Part shown: positions 38,888 through 52,575 of the stretch, piece after piece
How positions within the stretch are numbered: position 1 is the stretch's first letter
Layout: each line of letters opens with the position of its first letter
NCBI RefSeq assembly: GCF_964213995.1
Contig: NC_135822.1
Coordinates: 14,322,001 to 14,386,000 of the forward strand
Direction of reading: 5' to 3'
Length of the DNA: 64,000 bases
From: Mustelus asterias
Taxonomy: Eukaryota
The notes under the pieces: generated by a model
Seen by the model: the letters and a program-made list of their open reading frames with translations, nothing else
Database searches by the model: none
What the model was told of the DNA's origin: nothing
Made by a program: the position numbers and the translations under genes

Positions 38888-40815
38888 ATGTGGAATTGAG
38901 GCATATATACCAAGATGGTCTTCTTGGTTGCAATATCTAGTTTATGTTGTGTTAGTTAATCTCAGCTTGTGCAGCTGCATGAATATTGCAGTTGGTCTGT
39001 GAGACCACTCCTGGATTAAGGATAGAAAATGTATCCAGAATCTACTCCAGTGATTCATGGTTAAAAGTGTAAACAGGCAGCTGAGAATAGGCTATGATGC
39101 CCTGCACAATGGAATAGCCCTCCTGGCTTTTCTGGATGCTTTTATAACTGTATGCCAGTGAGAGTGAGTGCCTTCTGGAAAAGGAGGGTGAAAAGTTTGG
39201 GAACTGCAAAAAAAGCCTGGTTATTGTATTGATTTATTTGCTGTGTTCCATTCCTCCTCGCTGATTTCTCAATTTTACATTATTATCTTATTTCAGAAAT
39301 GGTGCAGACTATATCATGATTGAAACTTGACCAATCCAAGATATTTCTGTCTGCATGTTGTTGAACCTTCAGTCTTATGGCTTAAACTAAAATTCTTCCC
39401 ATCCTAGCTGTCAATTGCTAAATTTTGTAATCGGCATTCATTTATTTATTTAACGCTTAATGATAACCTAAAATGTCATCTTTAAATGTAATTATTTCAT
39501 TATAACTTGTTTGAATTTAATTTTTACTCGTGTCTAATTAGAGTTCAGAGCAGTAATTCTGAAACTTTGCCATGTAACAAACGATCTGAACATATATTGT
39601 GGCTGTTCTAGGGCCCGACTGCAAATAAGGATAAATGGAAAGATATCTGATGGTCCTGTGGACCCAGAATTCCTTCGTGGTCTTCCCGGGTCTGGGACCT
39701 CCAGCTTAAAAGGCTATGTCCCAAAATGTCAGGAAGATCATATTATTGATTTCCAATCGATTTAATGGTTCCCAATTGATGTGTGTTTGGACTGAATATG
39801 GCTGGTCAAATGAGGTTCATCCAATTTTTATTTTCTTGATGAAAGGAAAACTGAAAAATAAAATGTGGTTAAACCAAACACTGACAATTGGCAAAAATGA
39901 GAATTGAAAAGCTTACTGATAATTGTCATGCTCTTCAATGACAAACAAACGTGTTGAAACGCACGAGGAAAAATTGTTTCCAGTACTTACTTTAGGCCAT
40001 CGTGAGTTTGTGGAATACTGTACATTGACACATGTTCTGAATGTTTTAAAATTGCTTGGAAGTTTGTGTTTAGAAACATAACTGAAGATTTGCTGTACTG
40101 CATTCTCCTCAATTTACCAACACTTATTCACAAAACGCCAGGCAGGTAAAGGAAGGAATTTGAATCATTTCGCCTAGCTGTCACTCATTGTGTGTAAATC
40201 ACTCTCTTGAATGGGCACCAACCCTATTGGACAGGGTTTAACAAACATTTATTTTCCTTATGAAAGGACAAGGCCTGTTATTTAATACAGTTTTAATGAC
40301 TGCCAGAAGGAGGACAAAGTAAATCAATTAAGCAGAGAGTAGATGACACCCAACCTGCTAAGGACCCAGTTTTAACCCATTTGAAACCTAACTGCTTTCA
40401 CAAAATTTACATTGAGCCCTAAAAGTTTGAAGATTGCCAGCAATGGGTTATAGCTCTTGGTCACATTTTCAATTGTGTAACCTCATCTGATCCCTATACC
40501 TATAGTGGCTACATAATCCAGTTCATGTAGCAGATTCAATGTAGAGTACCTAGCAGTACGTGAAGCACCTACACTGTCCAGTATGTAAAGTAACAGAGCA
40601 ACTGTATGGTCCAGCACATGTAATTCAGGCTCATCTTCTATGCATTGCAGGCCCCCAGAAAAGTTCCTAATATTATCCAACTGCAAAATCCCACCAGTTC
40701 TGGAGTGGGACCTCTAGATGGGTAGATGGGCAATTAAGAGACAGTAAAGCCCAAAGATCTTGAGATCAATAGACTGGTAGACGACTGAAGCCAACACAAG
40801 AGATAAATATGCAGA

Positions 40816-41015
40816 NNNNNNNNNNNNNNNNNNNNNNNNNNNNNNNNNNNNNNNNNNNNNNNNNNNNNNNNNNNNNNNNNNNNNNNNNNNNNNNNNNNNN
40901 NNNNNNNNNNNNNNNNNNNNNNNNNNNNNNNNNNNNNNNNNNNNNNNNNNNNNNNNNNNNNNNNNNNNNNNNNNNNNNNNNNNNNNNNNNNNNNNNNNNN
41001 NNNNNNNNNNNNNNN
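40816..41015. other. Assembly gap (200 N)
   Basis: Run of exactly 200 N. Confidence 1.
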
Positions 41016-44000
41016 TGGCACATTCCAAGGTCCAGGACTACGTGCTCAGGGACGCGCTCAAGCGTCAATAAAGTTCAAAAAAGTGCTGTTTTTGGATGTG
41101 TTTGGTTTCAAATTTATGGATAAAGGATACTTGACCTGTAGTGCAAACAAATATGAAGTATATACTGGCAAAGAGTGAAAACCCAACTGGCCTTATTATA
41201 ACCCAGGAGCCCTAAGCTCTGAAATCCCGCAGGCCTAGTAGATTGAAATCTCTGATCCAAGTAGAGTCAAGCTCCATCAGCTCAAACCCAGCAGGCTAAA
41301 ACGTCATTGGCTTAATAGATGAAACTCTACATTCCCATTAGACTAAAACCACGGAGTCAGTGAACTTAGGCTTCGGAGGTTCAACAGACAAGCTTGCAGG
41401 CCTAGTAGATTGATCAATGAAGTAGTCTAATGTACATGTTTATCATAAGGGAACATTGAGTAGTTAATTAAATGAGAACCTTGAGGCATTGTTGTTGGTT
41501 TTGAAATAGACAGATGTATTTGTTGGGCTGTAAACACTAAATAATCTTCCCAAATCACCTTTTATTTTTGTGCACTTGTGCAGACACTATGTATAGGCGA
41601 TTATTCGACTAGAGAATCTGACAGCAAAGTCTGTTCCTGTTCTCGCCCAACATCCATGTAGACACACTTTCCATTGCAGATTATTGGATCGATTTTTATT
41701 TGGGTTCACTGTATTACAACACTAACTACACTTAAGTACTTCATTGGTTGTAAATTAGGCATGTCCTGATATCATGAAAGATACTACATTAATATAAATC
41801 TTTATTTCCTTTGTATAGTGAACCTGTTGGTCTAGGGAGCCTAACGCCAATTGTGGCATCCCACCTGAACTCCTTTCCAAGGATTTTTCACTCATGCCTG
41901 TATTACAGAGGTCTGTGGGTGATCATTTTTGGTTATGAAATTTTAGGAGGAACACTCGCAAGATTACATTTAGGGAACACAAGCTGAAATTTGGAAGTGA
42001 TTTGAGTCTGTCGTTGACTCCAGATACCAATTAAATTCGTAAAAGGGAAGAGCAACATTCAGTAATACTGACAGGCCATTGGCACTATGGATAGTGATAG
42101 CTGCAAAAGTATTAGAACCAGTGTCACTTACTGCTTTTCATTTTCACTTCTTCATATCCATATTGTCCCCTGACTGCGCACAGAACCTGGTAATTAGAGC
42201 TTTCACCTATCACTTTCAGACTGAGGCAAGCCTCAACAAGCATCCTCTCTTTCTCTAAAATTCCAGGTTATTGATAGTTCTCAACTAATTATACTTAAAT
42301 TGAGAAGAGGAAATGCCAGACTACTTGTGAAAGTTTTCACCAATTTGTGCAGCATGCAAATTAAAACTGAATTATAAGTAAACAACATCCGATGAAGACT
42401 TTTATGCGTACAAAGAAGGTTCTGATCTTTACAGGAATGATGTTTTTCCTAATTACAATTGTACTTGGGCCCATACTTTAATACTTTTATTTACTAGTGT
42501 GTGAGATCTATATTTGAAACATAATGGAGATGCAAAGATTCACTGCATTGCTGCTCTGTTCTTCTGGTTCCATTGATCTGAATTTTGTAGATCAATTCTT
42601 ATTTTGAACATGTACAGCAACAGTTCAGCCATGAACCTGGGCTATTTCTAAGCTCAAGAAAAACTGGCCTTGGACGTGTTTTGCATGTTGGACCTCAACC
42701 TCTAATATAATCAACAGTAGCGTCTTTGAGAGATGCTCCACAAATGCTCACTACTTGCATGTCTAAGTTCTGCTGTATTTGCTACTGATGTCATAGAATC
42801 CTTCCAGTGCAGAAAGAGGCCATTCAGCCCATCAAGCCTATACTGACAACAATCCCACCTAGGCCCTATTCCCTTAACCCCCATCTATTTACCCCGCTAA
42901 TCCCCCTGACACTAATGGTTAATTTAGGATGACCAAACAATCTAGCTTATGTGTTGCTTCACTTTAGTTTGCACAGTTTTGCCCGTTTGAGGCAGCACGG
43001 TGGCACAGTGGTTTGCACTGCTGCGTCACAGCACCAGAGATCCAGGTTCGATTCCAGGTTTGGGTCACTGTCTGTGCAGAGTCTGCATGTTCTCCCGGTG
43101 TCTGCGTGGGTTTCCTCCGAATGCTCTGGTTTCCTCCCTCAAAAGGCGTGCTGGTTAGTGTTGGGTGAATTTACAAGACTGGGATGAATACGTTTTTGAT
43201 ATTTCCCACTCACCGCATTCCCAGACAACTGAATAACAACTGCTGTCCAGGCTCTCACATTGAAGAATGACCATGGTAGTGGTGGATCAGAGAGTGTAGG
43301 GCAAAATACTTGAGGTTGTTGAAGTTTCCTGTGGATATTGGAATATTAGCTGCAATGGAGTGCTACCTCTTCAGTTTTCAATGTTGTAAGTGGCTGAGCC
43401 AAATCCTGAGCAGTAATATCATTCTTGGTCCAGTAGAGGGCTCATCCCTTGTCGCACACAAAATAAATATTTCCTTAGTGATGTCAGTGGAGTTTTGACA
43501 GAAACAGATAGTGATTCAGTGACAGCACTGACACTGTTCCATGAGTTCCTCTGTTCGTCTGGGTTATTGTCATGTAAATGATAAATGTTCTACATAAAAT
43601 GCCTGCTCAACACCACCTCTGCCTGCTCACTATATGCCCAATGATTGCTAATTTCCTGTTGTGTAGTTTTCTGTTCGGTGTTTGCTTGATATCTGTTGAG
43701 TATTCACTGTCTTCTCGAGACATGTTCAATGCCTGCACAGCTGAGGTAAGGGTGACTACATTGAACATCAAGGCAGCATTTGACTGGCATCAAGGAGCTC
43801 TAGAAAAATTAAAGTCAGTGGGAATCAGGGAATGTTCTCCCTATTTGAAGTCGTAGCTAACACAAAGGAAGATGGCTGTGGTTGTTGGAGGTCAATCATC
43901 TCATTCTCGGGGCATTACTGTAGGAATTCTTCCAGGTAGTGTCCTAAGCCCAGCTATCTCTTCAGTTGCTTTATCAATAACCTCCTTCCCCTTCATTGTA

Positions 44001-47000
44001 AGGTCAGAAATCAAGATATTCTCTGGCATTTGGAACTCCTCAGATACTGAAGCAGTCTATGTCCATTTGCAGTAAGACACAGACAACATTCAGGCTTGGG
44101 CTGGATAGGCAAGTAACATTAGAGCCAGGCAATGTCCGAACAAGGGAGAACCTAACTGTCTCCTCTTGACATTCAATGGCATTGCCATCACTGAATCACC
44201 CACTTTTAATCTCCCTGGGGTTACCATTGACCAGAAACTGAACTGGACCAGCCATATAAATACTACGGGTAGAAGATCATATCAGAGGCTGGGAATTCTG
44301 CAGCAAGTAACTCACCTCCCTGGCTTCCCAAAGTCTGTCCACTATCTATAAGGAGTGTGGTGGAATATGCTCCATTTACCTGGATCTGTGCGCCTCCAAT
44401 AATGCTTCAGAAGCTCCACATTAACAAGGACAAAGCAGCCTGCTTGATCAAAACCGCATTTTCCCCTACCTTGAACATCAGTTCCTTCACCACTGACTCT
44501 AGTGGCATTTTGTACTCTATACAAGATGCACTGTAACAACTCACTGACAGCATCTTCCAAACCTGCAACCTTTACCACAGGGGCACAAGAAGAACAAGGG
44601 CAGCAGATGCATGGAAACATCAGGACTTGCAAGTTCCCCTCCAAGCCACACACCATCCTGACTTGGAACTATATCACCGCTCCTTCACCATACCTGGATC
44701 AATATCCTAGACCTCCCACATGAACAGCACTGAGGGTTTACCAGTGGTTCACGAAGGCATCTCATGACAACCTTCTCGAGCACAATTGGGGGTGAGCAAT
44801 GAATATTGACCTAGCCAGCAATGTCCATACGCCTTGAAAGAATTTAACAAAAACTCATTTTCTGCTTAGCACTTGCTCGCTCTCTTGTCAATGCCTGCAC
44901 ATGGTCTGCTTGGTGCTTGGCGTCCAGTCGCTCTCTGCTCGGCATCTGGTAATAGAGTAATTATGAAACAGTAGGAGGCATGAACTTAATGCCCACTCTC
45001 TTTAGAGCAATTCAATCATGGATGGCCACAATAAACTACCTTAAGACTGTTCAAACTGATTTCACTTGGGTTCATTTAGCAGAGAGAGGCTGTCCAATTC
45101 CGAACTGGATTCGATCCAGTACAGACCCCCCCCCCCCAAAAAAAAAACTCCCTTTATGGATGTCAAGTCTCTTGATCAGGTGTTGAATGTCTTTTATTTT
45201 GAGGGGACCCCAACTCCTCTGCCCAGAGGTGACAAGATGGTGGTATGGTTTTAGCTGCCGTGCGCACCACATGACATGCCCATTTGCAGCTGGGTTAATA
45301 CCAGTCATGGCAAGATGAGGTCCTTAAGTAGTCATTAATTGACCAGTTAAGGGGCTCAATATGTGGCGGGGCAGGAAGGTTGACAGTGGGCCTTCCTGCC
45401 CAGAGCTTAATTCTGGAGAAGATGGGAAGAGGCATTCGAGTATGCCACCATTCCACCTAATTTAATACCTTTCCAGCAACCACCAATGAGAACAGAATAT
45501 TCTGCCTATTAAGAAGGTATCTCCTTATCTATTGTTTATAAGAGCCCTGTTTTTAAAAAGATGGCCAATTTTAATCCAGTTTCTCGAGTGTATGTCCCTG
45601 GCACAAAATGAGCCCTAGTTTGGCAACTTCACTCTGGAATTCCATCAGAATGGAAATGTGAGAGAAATGGAAAATGTCAAACACTTGTGGAAAGGAGACA
45701 GGCACATTAAAGCAGAGTAGGAGGTTTTCTCCAGGTGTAACCATGCTATGGGAGTGTTTGATATTGTCACTGGGCGCTGAGAGTGGAAGATGTTCCATTT
45801 CCACTGCTTTAACAGTTCACGGAGGAGCAGAATGTAAGAAGACAGAAATAAGCAGAAATGTGTTAAATTAAGCTTTTGATTGCTAGACCATCCTTGGCTG
45901 GAAAAACCCAAAAATATTAGGCTGCGTTCCCTATTCAAGTCAATGTGAGTACTGGCAGTTTTAGCATATACCTGGTAGTCCTATACTTGTTTTTCTTGAA
46001 CGAGTCCTGGATGTACCAGGTAGCTACAGAAATCAAGAGAACCAGTTACTGATTAACCTAATGTGTTAGTTGATTAACAATCAAATGGTTAACTACCTGA
46101 TTAATTTGCTGACATTAGATGCTTTGTGTTGTGCACTGTAATCATATTCTGTCTAAAATATTCCCCAGGTAAGGTTGGCAGTCAACATTGCTATTGGTCA
46201 CCTCCCAGTTTATTTATCCTGTTGGGTGAACATCTGTGCTTGGTTAGCTAGTCTTATCCAGAAAATGGTAGGGGAGTTAGTGTCTTCACTCTGTCTAGGC
46301 TGGGGGCGTATCAGCCAGGGTTCCCACTTTTTATCACCATCCATTGTTCCGTGATAGAAAATGCCCGTGTGTGTGTTGGGTTAGGCGATTATTCCTGAAA
46401 TGATGGTTACTTGGGCCAGGTAAAAGATTAGAACGTAATTTCTGAAATTATATTTGCCTGGGTCAGGTGAAAGAGGGCCCCTATCACTTGTGGAACTGTA
46501 GATCAGCAAGAGTCAGCATTTCACAGATTAGGAGGAAGTTGAGGAAGGGAAAAGAAAAATTGGTCGCATGGCATATCCCAGATCAATAGACTGATTTCCA
46601 GAGAGGTTCCTTTTTGAATGATTGGCATAACATGTGCCTGCATTAGGAGTTAAAATCAATGAGCAGCCTCTCAGCAGCTTATCAAAGCTGAGAATTAACA
46701 AATCTTCCACTGCAAAATAGTCTTTTTTTAAGTGTCATCTTGCAGGGGGTGACACCTTGCAGAGACTTGACAATTGAAGTTTAGCTCAGGGCCAAGGGAC
46801 TGCACTGTAGTGCAACTCATGGGATTACATGCAAAGGTCATGTTAATTTAAATAAGATAATTACTCTAACAAACACTTTATGGGGGCTTCATTAGTGTCA
46901 TTTTTAATTTTTTATCTAACACAATGCAAGTGACCCAGGCTGCTGATAAATATGAAAGGCATCTAGGCTGTTTGAATCCATATCACATTCCACAATAACA

Positions 47001-50000
47001 AGCTGCTAACCCATCATTCAACATCCTCAGGTATTGTGCTGCTTCATTGTCTATTAGTTCAGAGTACGATGACACCATGAGTGCTATTATTAGAGGTTAA
47101 TCTGAGATGGTCAGTCCAATAAGCAGTTCAGGACAACGTGGAACTTTGCACAAGGAATGGTTGATTGGCATATATGTATTTAAGAGGGAGGCGAGGGCAA
47201 AAATATAGAAGGATATGTTAATGGGGTGAGAGGTGGCTGTGTGGAGTATAAACGTTGACCTGTTGGACCAAATGGCCTGTTTCTGTGCTGTGTAATCTTA
47301 CGTAGTTTGAGAGCATGGAGAAATGTGGAGCAGCATCCTTGAGTTATGCTGAAGTCACTGCATCGTATTATAGCCCAAGAAATCAAAGCCTCAGAAATGC
47401 ATTTGGAAATCTCTGCACACTGGTTCCTAAAAGATAATTATTTTCGTGAAACAAGTTAGTGGGACAGCAATCAGCAATGGGAACTTCTGAACCTTAAATC
47501 TCCTGCTGGCAAAATTGAGGATAAGTTGTAGAAATTGTTTGTCTTCCCTTGAGTATGGAAGATTTACGACACTACGATCAAAGTGCTTGAAATATTAAAA
47601 TGATTTGACAGGCTAGATTTGAAGAAACTATTTCCTCTGGTGGAAGAATCAAGGAACAAAGGGTCATAATCTTAAAATTAGAGCCAGGCCCATCAAGAGC
47701 AAAATCAAGATGCAAGTTTTCACAGAAAAGGGGAGCAAAAATCTTGAATTCTCTCCCCTAAGTATACTATGGATGCTGCGGGAATTGAGTTTTGAAAATT
47801 GATGTAGATAGATTTTTGTTGGGTAAGGGTATCAAGGGATATGGGTCAAAGGGGTTGGGGTGCAGATCAGCCAATATCTAATTGAATAGCAGAGCAAGGC
47901 TGGCCTACTCCTGTTAATATTATTTCAATGTATTTTTGGCATTTATCCACTTTGTCTCTTTCTGCTGGCCTGTAAGTGGAAACAACCTAAATTCCAGCTC
48001 TGGAGACAAAACACATGGAAGCCATGGGCAGAGATCCAGAAATACACAGAGCACAAGTCTGCTACCAACCAGAGGTGAAAAGGAGACAAGAAACCCAAGG
48101 ACTACATTATAATTATCACTCCTCCAGTCCTGCACCCCTGAACCAGACTGTTTGCTATTTACTCTGGGCAGAGTAAAGTCTAATCTCGTCCCTTCCCCAA
48201 TTACAGCCATGCCTTCTCTATTAATTCTCATTCTACTCTTTACCTCAACCTTGGATCCGCTGTCATTGATATGGAGAATGTTCTTGCAAGTTTCACTTCT
48301 GGAACAACTGCTATATTGGATTCGGTGAATAATCCTACTGCATTGAATTAATTATCTGGCTATTGCACTTAATATTTGTTGTGCAAATTTTCCCTTCTTT
48401 CTCACATCTGTTCCTTCCATTTGTGATTCCTTAAGGCACTGGTTCATTTGTGTGGTGCAGTTTCATGAACAATGGGCCTGCAGGTATGAGTCGGAGAGAG
48501 TATTGCCAGGTCATTCAACCACAGACAACGTCACAGCTAAGATAAATCAATGGAACAAGCTCTCCATGGAGATAGTGGAAGCAGATAATATTGAGTCATT
48601 CAGATGCAAATTATATAGATTTCCTTGAGGAAAAGTATATCTTAGGATACTGTATCTGAGTGATTTGGGTGGATTTAGAATGCGTGGGAGGAAGAGAAGA
48701 TTTAAGACTTTAGGTTTTCCTTGCCTATGTGTCAGTCTGTTGTAGAGCAATTAAGAGCGATTGATTGCAATGATTAGTCAATAACTATGTTATTGTTGTG
48801 ACTACCAGGATAGTAAAAGATGAACGAGGTGGACTTTGATCTTTTTTCCCTGAGCCAGGCCCCGCTCTCTCCTAATGTCCGCACGTTTGTATTTCTAGTG
48901 TGTCTTAGTAGATAGCAATCATATGTAGAAATCTGTATAAATTTCTCCCCCTTGCATTACCCAAGGACACTGAGGCTGACTGTTACACACTGGCTGAGAC
49001 CAGCTAACTTAGTGCAAGAAATCAAACTGGGACATTCTTGACCTGTATAACTTGAATACTCAATCCCTCAAACAACTGAGATTGGTGGGAAGCTGCGATG
49101 CAACTTTCAATTACTTTATTGAGTGGCCATGAGTGACATCATTGAGTTGCAGATGATATTGTTGCCCCACTGTCAGCCCAAGCCACGGGTTGGCAGACCT
49201 ACCAAATATTTTAGCATTGACCCATTCCCTTTAAATCAGGCTTGTCTGCTACTGGCTGAACTGACTTGTGTGTGAATACTTTTTCTTTTCAAGTTTGCCG
49301 AGTCTCCACCCAAAGTCCAGCCTCTGTGCCCGGAAAAGCCTCTGCCACACTTCCACCTAATCTTCTCCCCGGCACCAGATGCCGTCACCATGGAGACAGG
49401 GACGCTACATGCTGAGCTGCAGTAAATAATGTGGTTTCACAATAGCAGGCCACTCCTGCTCACCAGATCCCTGTGGAGTTAAAAAAAACACTTCAGGTAC
49501 AGTAATAAGCAAGCGACGCTCTTTTTAAATGTTGAGGAGTTGCTGCTTTTTCATGAGCTGAGGAAAAAAGGGTAGCGAGAGCTTTCATGGAGAAAGTTTT
49601 TCGGTAATTTAGGAGCTGAGTTGATATGTTGTTGTACTTCACTCAAGGCTTTGTGTTCAGTGTATAGAACTGAAAGGAAGCTTAACCCTTTGTGAACAAG
49701 CACTGTACATATCAGATGACTGAAGCAATGCTTATTTGCAATTCTTATTGTGCTTTCTGGATGACAAAGTTGTTTAGTGCGCTCCCTAAAGGGCGGCACG
49801 GTGGCACAATGGTTAGCACTGCTGCCTCACGGTGCCAGGGACTCGGGTTCAATTCCGGCCTTGGGTGACTGTCTGTGTGGAGTTTGTACGTTCTCCCTGT
49901 GTCTGCATGGGTTTTCTCCGGGTGCTCCGCTTTCCTCCCACAGTCAAAAGATGTGCAGATTAGGTGAATTGGCCATTTGGCCATGTCAAATTGCTCCTTA

Positions 50001-52110
50001 ATGTCCAAAGATGTGTAGGTTGTGGATTAGAGAGATAAATATGTGGGGTTATTGAGGGGGGGGGGGGGGGGGCGGGGGGGCGCGTGGCGCGTGGGCCTGG
50101 GCAAGCTGCACTGTCAGTGAGTTGGTGCAGACTCAATGGGCCAAATGGCCTCCTTCTGCATTGTAGGGATTCTATGATTCTAATGTGGAATTGAGGCATA
50201 TATACCAAGATGGTCTTCTTGGTTGCAATATCTAGTTTATGTTGTGTTAGTTAATCTCAGCTTGTGCAGCTGCATGAATATTGCAGTTGGTCTGTGAGAC
50301 CACTCCTGGATTAAGGATAGAAAATGTATCCAGAATCTACTCCAGTGATTCATGGTTAAAAGTGTAAACAGGCAGCTGAGAATAGGCTATGATGCCCTGC
50401 ACAATGGAATAGCCCTCCTGGCTTTTCTGGATGCTTTTATAACTGTATGCCAGTGAGAGTGAGTGCCTTCTGGAAAAGGAGGGTGAAAAGTTTGGGAACT
50501 GCAAAAAAAGCCTGGTTATTGTATTGATTTATTTGCTGTGTTCCATTCCTCCTCGCTGATTTCTCAATTTTACATTATTATCTTATTTCAGAAATGGTGC
50601 AGACTATATCATGATTGAAACTTGACCAATCCAAGATATTTCTGTCTGCATGTTGTTGAACCTTCAGTCTTATGGCTTAAACTAAAATTCTTCCCATCCT
50701 AGCTGTCAATTGCTAAATTTTGTAATCGGCATTCATTTATTTATTTAACGCTTAATGATAACCTAAAATGTCATCTTTAAATGTAATTATTTCATTATAA
50801 CTTGTTTGAATTTAATTTTTACTCGTGTCTAATTAGAGTTCAGAGCAGTAATTCTGAAACTTTGCCATGTAACAAACGATCTGAACATATATTGTGGCTG
50901 TTCTAGGGCCCGACTGCAAATAAGGATAAATGGAAAGATATCTGATGGTCCTGTGGACCCAGAATTCCTTCGTGGTCTTCCCGGGTCTGGGACCTCCAGC
51001 TTAAAAGGCTATGTCCCAAAATGTCAGGAAGATCATATTATTGATTTCCAATCGATTTAATGGTTCCCAATTGATGTGTGTTTGGACTGAATATGGCTGG
51101 TCAAATGAGGTTCATCCAATTTTTATTTTCTTGATGAAAGGAAAACTGAAAAATAAAATGTGGTTAAACCAAACACTGACAATTGGCAAAAATGAGAATT
51201 GAAAAGCTTACTGATAATTGTCATGCTCTTCAATGACAAACAAACGTGTTGAAACGCACGAGGAAAAATTGTTTCCAGTACTTACTTTAGGCCATCGTGA
51301 GTTTGTGGAATACTGTACATTGACACATGTTCTGAATGTTTTAAAATTGCTTGGAAGTTTGTGTTTAGAAACATAACTGAAGATTTGCTGTACTGCATTC
51401 TCCTCAATTTACCAACACTTATTCACAAAACGCCAGGCAGGTAAAGGAAGGAATTTGAATCATTTCGCCTAGCTGTCACTCATTGTGTGTAAATCACTCT
51501 CTTGAATGGGCACCAACCCTATTGGACAGGGTTTAACAAACATTTATTTTCCTTATGAAAGGACAAGGCCTGTTATTTAATACAGTTTTAATGACTGCCA
51601 GAAGGAGGACAAAGTAAATCAATTAAGCAGAGAGTAGATGACACCCAACCTGCTAAGGACCCAGTTTTAACCCATTTGAAACCTAACTGCTTTCACAAAA
51701 TTTACATTGAGCCCTAAAAGTTTGAAGATTGCCAGCAATGGGTTATAGCTCTTGGTCACATTTTCAATTGTGTAACCTCATCTGATCCCTATACCTATAG
51801 TGGCTACATAATCCAGTTCATGTAGCAGATTCAATGTAGAGTACCTAGCAGTACGTGAAGCACCTACACTGTCCAGTATGTAAAGTAACAGAGCAACTGT
51901 ATGGTCCAGCACATGTAATTCAGGCTCATCTTCTATGCATTGCAGGCCCCCAGAAAAGTTCCTAATATTATCCAACTGCAAAATCCCACCAGTTCTGGAG
52001 TGGGACCTCTAGATGGGTAGATGGGCAATTAAGAGACAGTAAAGCCCAAAGATCTTGAGATCAATAGACTGGTAGACGACTGAAGCCAACACAAGAGATA
52101 AATATGCAGA
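41016..52110. repeat. 11,095-bp duplicated segment, copy 2
   Basis: Starts at the first base after the gap; the only difference I saw is C12A10 versus C13A9 at 45126 and 33831. Confidence 0.97.
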
Positions 52111-52439
52111 TGATTGGAGAGAGCTGATGCCTCTTTGGGCTACTCAGCTTAATGCTCTACTTCCCAGGGCCTACGTTCACCTTCCCCATGGACTAAGTGG
52201 CAATAACTGATGGACAGGAGGGAATCGAGCAGAAGCTGGTCCACTGCAGTAAAGGAACATCCAGTGGAAACATGGGGCGGTGAATCCTGGCTGATTCAAA
52301 AACCAACAGTGGAGCTCAACACCCACGTTCTTCACCATTGTAGATCCTAGCCAAACTTTATTTTGTCAGAGAGAACTAGATCACCTCTCCCTCTGGGACA
52401 AGTCAACAAGTGTCTCCAACAGACCAAGAATCTGCCAAA

Positions 52440-52575
52440 ATAAAAGCAAAATACTGTGGAAGCTGGAATCTGAAACAAAAGCAGAAAATACTGGAAAATC
52501 TCAGCAGGTCTGACAGCATCTCTGGAGATAGAAAAGAGCCAACGTTTCAAGTCCTGATGACCCTTCGTCAGAGAT
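52440..52575 (-). mobile_element. Family A Penelope pseudo-LTR mini-insertion in the solo LTR
   Basis: 9-bp TSD TCTGCCAAA at 52431-52439 and 52576-52584. Confidence 0.85.
52537..52573 (-). ncRNA. Minimal hammerhead ribozyme motif (family A), core intact, stem I truncated
   Basis: Minus strand CUGACGA-A-GGGUC(AUCAG)GACUU-GAAA-CG-UU-GGCU; palindromic ACGU stem III. Confidence 0.65.

Larger units (their letters stand above)
29721..40815. repeat. 11,095-bp duplicated segment, copy 1
   Basis: Matches 41016-52110 at constant offset 11,295; the ORF track repeats with the same offset. Confidence 0.97.

Noticed and set aside
39648-39700. Imperfect GC-rich hairpin (GGTCCTGTGGACCC...GGGTCTGGGACC) as a miRNA or structured RNA
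   Set aside because: Stem is short and interrupted, with no known family signature
40714-41123. ORFs containing X runs
   Set aside because: Artefacts of translating the N gap
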